From the NCBI GenBank assembly GCA_025980325.1, contig JAICXQ010000001.1, forward strand, positions 12,232 to 76,231: 64,000 nt of DNA. The letters run 5' to 3'. The stretch is from Frankiales bacterium (GTDB lineage Bacteria > Actinomycetota > Actinomycetes > JAFAQI01). The position numbers and the translations under genes are program-made. Shown here one piece after another: positions 9,423-20,200 of this stretch. A model generated the notes under the pieces. The model was not told where the DNA came from, did not search any database, and saw only the letters and a program-made list of their open reading frames with translations. Numbering within the stretch: position 1 is the stretch's first letter; every line of letters starts with the position of its first letter.

Positions 9423-10631
9423 TCAGGGAGTGCGGGCCGGGGCGAGCCCCTGCCCGCAGGACGCGCGGCCCGCGACGTGTAAGTCAATGGAAAGTGTCCC
9501 GGTCTGCCATGCGATCGCGCCGGGCGAGCCGTTTCTACTGTGCGACCGCCCCGGCATAAGGTTGTCGAGGACAGCCGCAGTTTCCTGCAGGTGCTCCGGA
9601 AACAGGTGGCCGTAGGTGTCCATCGTCTCGACGATGGACTTGTGGCCGAGCCGGGCCTGGATGACCTTTGGGTGGAGCCCGGCGGCGATTAGGGACGACG
9701 CGTAGGTGTGCCGCAGCGCGTGCATGCCGTACTCCTGCGGGAGGCCGGCGCGGCGTAGTGCGGGTTTCCAGACAGAGTCGTTGAACGACCCGCGGCGCCA
9801 GACTTCGCCGCGCGGGTTGGTGAACAGCAGGCCGTCCTCGCCAGTGCCGTACCGCTCGATGTGTGCGGCGAGGGCGTCGACGACGAACTTCGGCAACGGC
9901 AGCAATCGGCGCGACGACGGGGTCTTGAGCCGGTCGCTGATGACAGGAACCCCGCCGCCCATCGGTGTCTTGGCCTGCGCCTCGACCCACAGCTCGCGGC
10001 GCAGGAAGTTGACCGCTCGCAGCCGCACTCCGAGCAGCTCGCCCTGGCGCATGCCGGTGCCGACGCCGAGCGCAAGGATCGCGTAGTGGTCCGGCCGGGC
10101 CTCGAGCAGCAAGGACCCGACCTGCTCCGGCGTGAGGATCGACAGCTTCGACGGCGGGATTGCAGGCAGGTTGATCTTGAAGCACGGCGTCGTCGTGAGC
10201 AGCCGGTCATACACCGCCGAGCGCAGCATCATCGCGAGCAGCGCGTAGATGTGCCGGACCGTGCGCGGCGCGAGTCCCTTGCCGACGAGCGTGCCGACGA
10301 ACGCGTTGATGTCCGTGCGCCGCAGCGACGACATCGCGCGGCCGCCGAGGTGGGGGAGGACCTGGCACTTCAAGTAGGTGTTGTAGCCGGCGAGGGTGGA
10401 CGGCTCGACCCGCAGCGACGCGAGCCACGCCGGTGCGTACTCGGCGATGGTTATCCGCGCGTCGCCGCGGAACACGTACGTGCCGTCGATCGCGGCGACC
10501 TGCGCGCGGGCGAGCGCCTGCTCGGCGAGCTTCAGAGTGGAGAACCGCTTGCGGACCATCCGGCCCTCGACGCGGTAGGTGATCTCGTAGGAGAAGCCGC
10601 GCCCGTGGGTGATCTTGCGGGGTCGAGCCAT
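9423..10631 (-). CDS. int: Tyrosine recombinase/phage-type integrase (402 aa)
   Basis: N-terminal SAM-like domain with the catalytic domain carrying the R..HxxR..Y residues (HALRHTYAS, LGHKS, MDTYGHLF). Lies in the lower-GC islet. Confidence 0.9.
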   Translation of the reverse strand: MARPRKITHGRGFSYEITYRVEGRMVRKRFSTLKLAEQALARAQVAAIDGTYVFRGDARITIAEYAPAWLASLRVEPSTLAGYNTYLKCQVLPHLGGRAMSSLRRTDINAFVGTLVGKGLAPRTVRHIYALLAMMLRSAVYDRLLTTTPCFKINLPAIPPSKLSILTPEQVGSLLLEARPDHYAILALGVGTGMRQGELLGVRLRAVNFLRRELWVEAQAKTPMGGGVPVISDRLKTPSSRRLLPLPKFVVDALAAHIERYGTGEDGLLFTNPRGEVWRRGSFNDSVWKPALRRAGLPQEYGMHALRHTYASSLIAAGLHPKVIQARLGHKSIVETMDTYGHLFPEHLQETAAVLDNLMPGRSHSRNGSPGAIAWQTGTLSIDLHVAGRASCGQGLAPARTP

Positions 10632-10645
10632 GACGCCTCCGGGTG

Positions 10646-10671
10646 TGACATCGGTGTGACACCGGATGTCA
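10646..10671. promoter_or_regulatory. Imperfect 26-bp palindrome (tgacatcggtgtgacaccggatgtca) 15 nt upstream of the integrase start; candidate operator or arm-type site
   Basis: Seen directly in the sequence. It also contains the direct repeat gtgtgaca twice. Confidence 0.3.
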
Positions 10672-11241
10672 GCTGGTCCCGGAAAGTACCTCTGACCTGC
10701 GGCAACTCCCGCCGCCCGAAGCCGGCATAACGCCCCGGCTTACAGGCCGACTCGTCCGCCGCCTCGCTTTGGTCCGCACACACTTGCGCGGTTCCGCCGC
10801 TCCGGACCCCACCTCGGCAAAGCGGGGCGGATCTGACATGCGTGGGTGGTCCGGAAGGATTAGCTCGATCTCTCACGAGTCGCAGTGTTCTGATCACGTT
10901 CGGTTCGTCTCATGCGATAGCTCGGCGATCTTCTCCGATATGCCGCAGTTGTATGAGCGGAACAGATCAGATCTTCAATAGCTAGGGACTAGCTCCATCG
11001 GGCCATTTCTTTGCCGCGTATCTGTTGGCGGTTCCAAAGGTCTAGTCAAGGGGTGTTGCTGGTCGTACCTTCAGTCCGCTGGGCCGAGAGATTAACGCTG
11101 GTAGCCACTTTTTCGCGGCAAACCGGGTCGACCCAGGTCGTACGCCGGGGGGCGTAGCACGCAAGACGGACGATGCCCGGATGCGTGTCGAGTGCGTAGT
11201 GAAGCGGCGGTCGACACCGCACGAGCGGCTCGGCGGGACCG

Positions 11242-14200
11242 ATGGTCTTCAGGGGGGATGTTCTCGTGATCCGGTCGAGGAAACCGCATTCACGTACAGT
11301 CGCGAATCGCGCCGTCGCACAGGCGATCGGCAAGACTCTTTTGGCCTTCACCGTCGGCGTGTCGGCGACGGTCGTGTCGGCACCGCTCGCCGCCGCGTCC
11401 ATCCCGACCACGGTCCCGCAACTGCAGCCGGTCGACGGCGAATCGCTGGCGGACACGAATAGCGGCGCGGATGCTATCGCTGCATCCGCCACGTCGTCCG
11501 GGTTGACCGAACGGCCGGACACGTGGATGCAGACGAGTCGCACCTTCACCGCCGCAAATGGAATTAACACGACGGTGATCGGTCTCACTCCGCTCAACTA
11601 CCAGGACGCGGGCGCCACGTGGCAGCCGATCGACGACGAGCTCACTGCGGACACGACGACGGGCTATGCGTGGCGTAACACCGCCGACGCCTACAGCGTC
11701 GAGTTCCCGGCGAACCTTCTGTCCGGGCCGATAAGGGTCAGCAACAACGGCGGTTGGGTCGCGTTCCAGATCGCCGGTGCGACCGGCGCAGGTGTGGTGA
11801 GCGGCAACACAATCACGTATGCGAACGCGCTGCCGGGTGTGTCACTGACTTACGCGGCGACTCCGCTCGGGTTGAAGGAGACGATGACGCTGGCGGACGC
11901 GTCGGCCTTGTCCGCGTTTACCGTCGTCGTGACCAGCAGCGACGGGCTGACGACCGCGACCCAGGTCGACGGGAGCACCGGCTTCGTCAACGCGACCGGC
12001 GATCTGATCGCGTCACTCGCGAAGCCGTGGATCACCGACGCGAACCAGGACATGAGCGGCCTCGACGACGCACTCTCGTCGTCGTTGACGCCGGACGGGA
12101 CGAACGCGTGGCTGGACGCGCTCACGGTGTCCGCGACCTGGTTGACCGCACCGAGCCGCTCGTGGCCGGTCACCATCGACCCCACGCTGAAGACCGAGCA
12201 GGACTTCTCGACCGACTGCCTGATGTTCTCCGGTCACCCGACGAGTGGTGTGTGCGCTCAGAATCCGGCCGGCGTGGGTTACCACGCCGACGATTCGCTC
12301 ATCCGCCGCGACGTCATGGAGTTCTCGGTGTCGTCGATCCCGTCCTCCGCCACGGTCACGGACTCGGAGCTCGAGCTCGACGAGGGGCTCACCGCCTATG
12401 GCCCGGTCGAGCTCCAGATCTACCGGAACGATCAGAGCTTCAGTGCGGTGAACGCCACCTGGGACGACGCCGATGCGCATACGGGAACGGCCTGGATCTC
12501 GACCGGGCGTGGCGGCGACCCGGTCGGCAGCGCTTTGATATCGACTCCGTTCGGGTGCGACCCCACCGGCCCGAGTTGCGCCGGCGTGAAGACGTTCAAC
12601 ATCGCCGGCGCGACCCAGAACTGGGTGAACGGGACGTGGGCGAATACCGGCATCCTCTTGCGCGAACAGGTCGAGACCAATGACGGCGTCGTGCAGTTCA
12701 ACGGCAGCAATTCCCCGACCGGCCCGCCGAACATCGTGGTGACGTGGGATCGCAACCCTGACCAGCCGACCCTCGTATCGCCCGCCTCGGGTGCGACCGG
12801 CCTGTCGCCGAGCCCATCGCTGCAGGCGAACGTCACCGACCCGGATGGCGGCGACCTGTACGCGAGGTTCTTCGTCCGCACGCACGGATCGAGCACCTGG
12901 GACATTGCGAACGGCGTCATCATGCCGGCACCGAACGCCGACGACTCGAACGGCGTGGCCTCCGGCGCGACCGTGACGTACTCGCCGTCCCTCTCGCCCG
13001 GCGTGACCTACGACTGGACCGCACAGACGTGGGACGGGACGCTGTTCTCGACGACACCGACGGCGCAGTCGTTCACGGTCGCGCCGCTGCCGCCGCAGCC
13101 GACCGTGTCGAGCTCGACTCATCCGAGCCCCGGCACCTGGTACACCGCTCGTAACGCGACGTTGAACTGGAGCGCGGGCAGCGGGATGACGGGATACTCC
13201 TACGTTCTCGATCAGCCCGGGTCCGGATCGACCACGTGTCCGAGCACGACACCGGATACGACATCGGAAGGCACCGCGACCACTGTTTCGTACGCGAACC
13301 TCGCCGACGGCATCTACTGCTTCCATGTGCGCGCCCAGAACATCTCCGGTTGGGGGCCGGCGTCCAACACCTTCGAGATCGACATCGACGGCACGACACC
13401 GGGCGCGCCGAGCGCAGTGACCTCGACCCCGGCACCGAACAGCAACGGATGGATCACCTCCGGCAACTTCACAATGAACTGGTCCGTGCCGACGCAGACG
13501 CAGGTCTCGGGGATCGCCGGCTACTCGTACGTCCTCGACCAGCCGGCGATCGGCAACACCTGCCCGCCGACGATTCCCGACACGACATCGGAAGGCGCCG
13601 CCGCGTCCGTGAGCTACACGGGCAAGGCAGACGGTGCGTGGTGCTTCCACGTCCGCGCCGAGAGCGGCGCCGGGCTGTGGGGCCCGGCGGCGCACTACAC
13701 GGTCAGCATCGACGCAACGCCGCTCACGGCACCGCAAAACCTCACCTCGAACCCGGCGCCGAACGCGACCGGATGGCTGACGATGAACAGCCCCACCATG
13801 ACCTGGTCGGCTCCGGCCAGCACCTCGGGGGTCACCGGTTACTCGTACGGCCCGCTCGATCATCCCGCGTCCGGTTCGACCACCTGTCCGACCACGGCTC
13901 CCGATACGACATCGGAGGGCACGGCCACCAGCGTTTCGTACAGCAATCTCGCCGACGGCATCTCGTGCTTCCACGTCCGCGCAGAGAACGCGGCAGGTGT
14001 CTGGGGTGACACCGCGCACTACACGTTGCGCATCGACAGCGTCGCCCCGACATCGCCGGCGAACCTGACGACGACTCCGTCCGCGGACGGGCTGTCCCAC
14101 GCGACCCGCACCATCGCCGCATCGTGGAGCGCGGGAACCGATGCCACGTCCGGCGTGGCCGGTTACTACTACACGTTCGACAACGTCGCGACCCGTCCCG

Positions 14201-17200
14201 CCAACACGCCGTTGTCTGCGGACACGTTCACGGCGACGACGACGGCGACGCTGTCGAACTCGACGGACGGTGTGTGGTACGTCCATGTGCGCACGATCGA
14301 CGCGGCCGGCAACCTCAGCGGTTACGCCAACTACGGCCCGGTGATTCTCAACAACGTCAGTCCGATCATCAACAAGACGCTCAACACAGCGGCGGCGAAC
14401 GGCTACTACGGGCGCGGCCAGTACCTCCAATACACGGTGACGGTGACCAACCCGTCGACCCTTGCGCCGTCGACGATCACTGGCTTCAGCGACACTCTCC
14501 AGCCGGGTCAGCTCCTGATCGGCACGGACATCCTGCTCAGCCGCTCCGACGACGGAAGTACCGCGGCGCGCCACTGCCTGCGGATCACCGGATCCGAGCA
14601 GTGCACGATCAGCACCGATGGGACGACGATCACGCTGCCGAACTTCACCCTTCCGGCCGGCGTCTCGCTGCAGCTCGTCTACACCACGCTCGCGACCGGG
14701 GTGGAGAACGGCTGCATGATCACGTCGAACACCGCGACCGCAGCCGATGCCGCGGGCAGCGCGACCACGAACCCGGTTTCCGCCACCATCTGTGACACCG
14801 GTCTCGGAATCGAGCCCTGGTGGAGCTATGTCTCGACCGCGGTCGGGCCTCAGTCGACCGCGCAGGTCAACGTCGCCAACGGCAACCTCGTCGTGCAGGC
14901 GACCGACTCCACCCCGATCAACGCGCACGGTCGCCTCGGTTACGTGATCCGCCGTACGTACAACAGCCAGGACACGACCGCGCTCACGCTGCCCGGAAGC
15001 CTCGGCGCGGGCTGGCAACTCAACGTCGGCGCGACCGACGATCTCGCCGGCGCCGGCGTGACGCCGACGAGCCTGTCGGTCCCGACCGCCAACAGCGTCG
15101 CGGCACCGCTGGGGATCACACTTATCGACCGTGACGGCACCAGGCACGTCTTCACCTACCGCAGCGCGAGCGTCGCGATCACGTCGCCGGTCGACGTGAC
15201 CTCACTCGCCGGCGGATCGCCGATCCATCAACTCGTGCCGGTGAACCCGCTGCTGCGTCCGTCGAGCCTGAGCGGGTCGGCAGCCTTCGCCCACGTGTGC
15301 GTCGACGCGACCTACCAAGCACCTGCGGGCGTACACCTCGCATTGTGGCGTTACGTCGGCACCAACGGCAGCACCTGCTCCGCTGCGCTCAATGATTCGA
15401 ACGCGCGGATCCTCGGCTTCACGACGATGCGCCCGGACCGGCTGCGCTCCGAGTTCGACGCCGCCGGTCACCTGCTCGACCTCGTCGACGGTTCCGGCGT
15501 CGACCTCCGCTACGCGTACGGCACGACCGGCGAGCTCAGGTCGATCAGCGAAGCACGTGACTGCACCGGCGCGGTCGGCACCGCGACGTGTCGTGGCGTC
15601 GTCGTCACGTACTCGAGCGACCAGACGAACGCGTGCCCCATTCCGGCCGGCGCGGCGAGCAGCGAGTGCGTCATCGATCCGGCCGGCCGTCGCACGATTT
15701 ACGCGTTCGACAACGCCGTTCCGAAGCATCTGGTCGAGGTCGACAACCCGGACGACAACCCGTCCGGCACCCGGGACCGCTTCCAGTACGCCTATCAGGG
15801 TTTCGGGGCGAGCTGTGGCGCCGCCGCGGCCGGTCAGCTGTGCACCGTCGTCGAACCGCGCTTTGACCCGAAGACCGGTGCTGTGATCAGCACGACGTTC
15901 GGATACACCGCGCAGAGCCCGCTCGGCCTGCCACGCGTCACGTCCATCACCGACCGCCGCCATGTGATGACGACGCTGGCCTACACCGGCGCGCCGTCGA
16001 CCGCTACGACCGTGGACGACAACGGTGAACGGACGAGTTACCTGTCGATCGACTCCAGCGGCCGGGTCGGCGAGGTCGACCAGGGGGCCACCACCGCGAG
16101 CCCGCTGAGCATCACCCGCTACACCTGGGACACCGCAGCCAATCCCTGCACGTACGTCTCCGGCACGGTGCAAGGCACACACACGGCGTGGGCCAGGCCG
16201 GACAACAACCTGTGCCGGGTGACGAGAGCGCACATCAGCGGGGCGTCGGACGAAACCACGTCGTTCGCCTATACCCCGGAAGGGATGCTGCTCACGTCCC
16301 GGCAGGTCATGTCGTCCGGGCCGGACCTCTACCGCACCTACGCTTACGCGACGCAGTATGTCCGCAACGGAAGCGCCACGATCACCGCGACGGACTCGGT
16401 GTCCGGCAGCGGCGACGTCGCCGTCGGCAACCGGTCGAGCGCCATCGGCGACGGTGGCTCGGTGGCCGGCGACTCCTCGGTCGTCTATGCACTGACCGAC
16501 CTCGTCGCAAGCTTGTCACCGCGCGGCAACGTTGCCGGTGCGACGGTTGCCAACTTCCGCACGGATTACACGGTCGCGGACAGCACTGCTGCCGAACCCG
16601 ACGTGAACCCCGGCGGCAACGCCTGCACGGCACGCAACAGCGGCTCGGTCTGCACCGTGTCCGCGCCGTACTCCGGATCCTCCAAGAGCATCACGCAGTA
16701 CGACTACGACAGCTTCGGGCAGAAGGTCAGCGCGACAGTTCCCAAGCTCTCCTACGAAACCCCGCCGAGCGGGCAGACCTACCAGTACACCTACACCTAC
16801 TACGCCGACAGCTCGACCGACCACGAGACGCACAAGACCAGCATGGGCGGATGGCTGGAAGCCGTCACCGACCCGGCCGGCCACTACGTGTTCTTCACCT
16901 ATGACGCGGCCGGCGATCGCACCCGCACGTGGGACCGCAACGCAACCACGGCGAGCGGCGATTCGCTTTCGGCGATGGAGGCGGCGGTCGCGACCGGTTC
17001 CGGGCCGGTCGGCGCTTCGGTGACCTTGTACGCAAACCCGTTCAACTCGATGCCGTGGCGCTACCTGCTCCTCACCGAGGAACCCGTCGGCCCGCTCACG
17101 ACCTATGCGGTCGATGTCGACGGCAACGTGACGGCAATTACGACGAACGCGGGCCACACGACGACACAGACGTTCGACGAAGCGGGCAACCTGCTCACTC

Positions 17201-20200
17201 GTACGACGCCGGCGGAGCCGGGACACCCGACGACGAACACCTACGATGCGTTCGGGAACCTCGCCACGACCACGAGCCCGAACAACGTCGTCACTGCGTA
17301 CCGCTACGACGCACTCAACCGTCGGGTGACGACGTACACCGACCGGGGTAGCGCAAGCAGCGGCACGTCCAACCCGGGCGGCGGCTGCTTCGTGACCGAC
17401 ACCGGTGCGAACGCGGTCCCCGAGTACGCGGTGAACGAGGTCGTCTGCGCCGCTCGTGCGAGCTACGACGAGTTCGGCAACATGGTCTCGAGCACCGACG
17501 GCGCGAACCACACCACGACGTACACGTACGACACCGCGAACCGTCGGGTCGACACGTTGACGCCGCGGACCGACACAGTCAGCTACACCACGCGCACGCT
17601 CTACGACGCCGACGGCGACGCGATCGACACGTGCCCGCCACGCCAGTTCACCGACGGCGGGGCGTCGACGTGCTCCGACACCAGCCCCGGCGTCTACAGC
17701 ACCCATCGAAGCTTCAGTGAAGCGGACCGGTTGCTGACGACGACGACATATCGCGCGCGGCCGACCTCCGTGCACGGCGACCCGGCGAACACGCCGGCAA
17801 CGAGCACCGACACCACGACGTACACGTACGACGCCGACGGCAACCGGACCAGCGTCGCCGACCCCAACAATCATGTGACGACGGACGTGTACGACTTCCT
17901 CGACCGCAAGACCAGCGAGCTGACGCCGCGGACGAGTGGAGTCAACAAGCGCACGGTGTACACGTACGACGCGAACGGCAACGTGCTCAGCACGACCGCG
18001 TCGGGCCTCGCGCCGGTGAACGTCGGGGGCACCCCGCTCAATGTCGGCAGCCCGTACTCCGCGTCGAACCCCTATCCGCTGCCGGCCGACGTGACGACCT
18101 ACAGCTCGATCACACTGACCGGCGGCGCCTGGATCACCGTGCCGGCGAACAGCGCGCCGGCCGCGATCAGCATCACCGTCTCGTCGACCCTGTCGATCTG
18201 CAGCACCTGCGGCATCACTCTCGACGGTGACGGCTGGGCCGGCGGCACCCCGGCGGCAAGCGCCCTGACAACGGACGGATTCACGGTGAGCGGGAGTGGC
18301 AGCGGGCCCGGCGCCGGCGCGGGCGGTACCAGCGCGGCGACGGCCGGCGGTGGCGGCGGAGGCGCCGGCTACTCGGCGGCGGGGACCGACGGCTTCGGTG
18401 GCGGCAGCCCCCTCGGCGGCGCGGGTGGCAACGCCGGCTCGCCGTACGGCGACGCGACCATCGGCGGTGAGACGTCCACTCAAGCCGGCTCGGGCGGCGG
18501 CGCGGGCGGCACGATCGAGCCGTCGACGCTCGGAGGCGTGGGTGGTGCCGGCGGCGGCATCCTGCACGTGACGGCGAACCAGATCATCCTCGACGGTTCG
18601 ATAACGGCACGCGGCGCGAACGGTGCGGACGGCCAGGTCGTCCAAGGCGCGCTCGGTGCGGGTGGCGGCGGTGGCGGCTCGGGTGGCGCGATCTGGCTGA
18701 GCGCCCCGCAGATCATCACCGACTCCGGCTCGATCGGTCACGTCGACGTCAGCGGCGGTGCCGGTGGCAGCGGCACTCCGGGTGGCACTGACGGCTCGGG
18801 CGGCGCGGGTGCGCCGGGTCGGGTCCGGTTCGACACCGACGAGCTCAGCAGCAGCATCGTGACGACCGCCGGGTCGACGCAACGGACGACGTTCGGGCGG
18901 ACCACCGCGTACAGCTACGACTTCGACAACCGGCTCGTCGACACTGTGATCGGCGCGTCGTCGCCGAACGCGGCGGCCGACGGTCCGACCGGCAGCGACG
19001 GCGGGTCCAACGTGCGCACCCGACTCGTCTACGACGACGAGGGGAACGTCGTGGGCCGCTTCGACCCGCGTGCCTTTGCGGCGTCGGTGACGAGCCCGGA
19101 CGTGCGGTACGAGTCGGTTGCGGTCTACGACGCCGACCATCGGCTGACCGACGTCTACCAGCCGTACAGCGACTCGAGTGGCGCGTCCGATCCGAACGGT
19201 GCCCCGTCGCAGTGTCCGGACGCGGCCAGTCTCGGGATCAGCGCCTATCAAGGCCTGACCGGTGTGCACGTCTGTCGTCTGCACTACGGGTACGACCACG
19301 ACGGCAACCGCACACTGACGCAGCTGCCGACGTACGACAGCAGCGACACGACCCGGGTGTACACGGCTGCTTACACTCCGGACGACCTGCTCGCGTCGAC
19401 GAGTGTGCCGGACCCGTCGGTGACGAGTCATGCGGCTGCACTCCGTGCGGAGGCATACACCTATGACGGTGCCGGCCGCCGCCTGACCGACCAGGAGTTG
19501 CCGGACACCGGTGGCCCGACGACCACGACGACGTACACCGCTGACGGCTTGGTCGCCACGGTGACGCCGCCGACGGGCGGCGCGAGCCATCTGACGACGT
19601 ACGGGTACGACCCGAACGGCGCGCAGGTGAGTGTGACGATGCAACAGGACGCGTCGACCACCCGGACGAGCTTCACCGACTACAACAGCGACGGCAGCGT
19701 CTATGCGAACGTCGACCCGGCCGGAAATACGACGAGCTACACCTATGACGCGGCGGGCAACCAGATCGCGGTCTATGGCCCGTCGGCGAATGCCGGCGAT
19801 GCGACCAACCCGAACCACCTGCCGACGGTGTATTCGTACTTCGACGACAACTTGCTCGCGACGACCTCGACGCCGACGGTGTCCAGTGGTGCGACTCGCC
19901 GCCTGACGACGTACGGCTACAACCTGGGCGGCGACAAGACCAGCGTCGACGTCGACTACACCAACGCGAGCGGGACAGTGACGACCGACGGTGCTCCGCA
20001 GCGTTTCGGGTACTACCCGGACGGGCGGATTGAGTCGTCAACCGGCCGCAGCGGCGGGTCGCAGGCGTTCAGCTACGACGCGGCCGGGCACCCGTTGTCG
20101 AGCAGCGACACGGCGAACGGCGACACGGTCACGACCGCCGCGACGTATTACCTGGACAACGCCATCCGCACGGTGAGCGAGTCGGGGACTGTGGTTCCGA

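Noticed and set aside
9060-11240. Search for a tRNA or other att site flanking the integrase
   Set aside because: I found no T-loop (GGTTCGAnTCC) or D-loop consensus on either strand in the integrase flanks. Only short GC hairpins (gcggggccgcccc) are present. A definitive answer needs tRNAscan.
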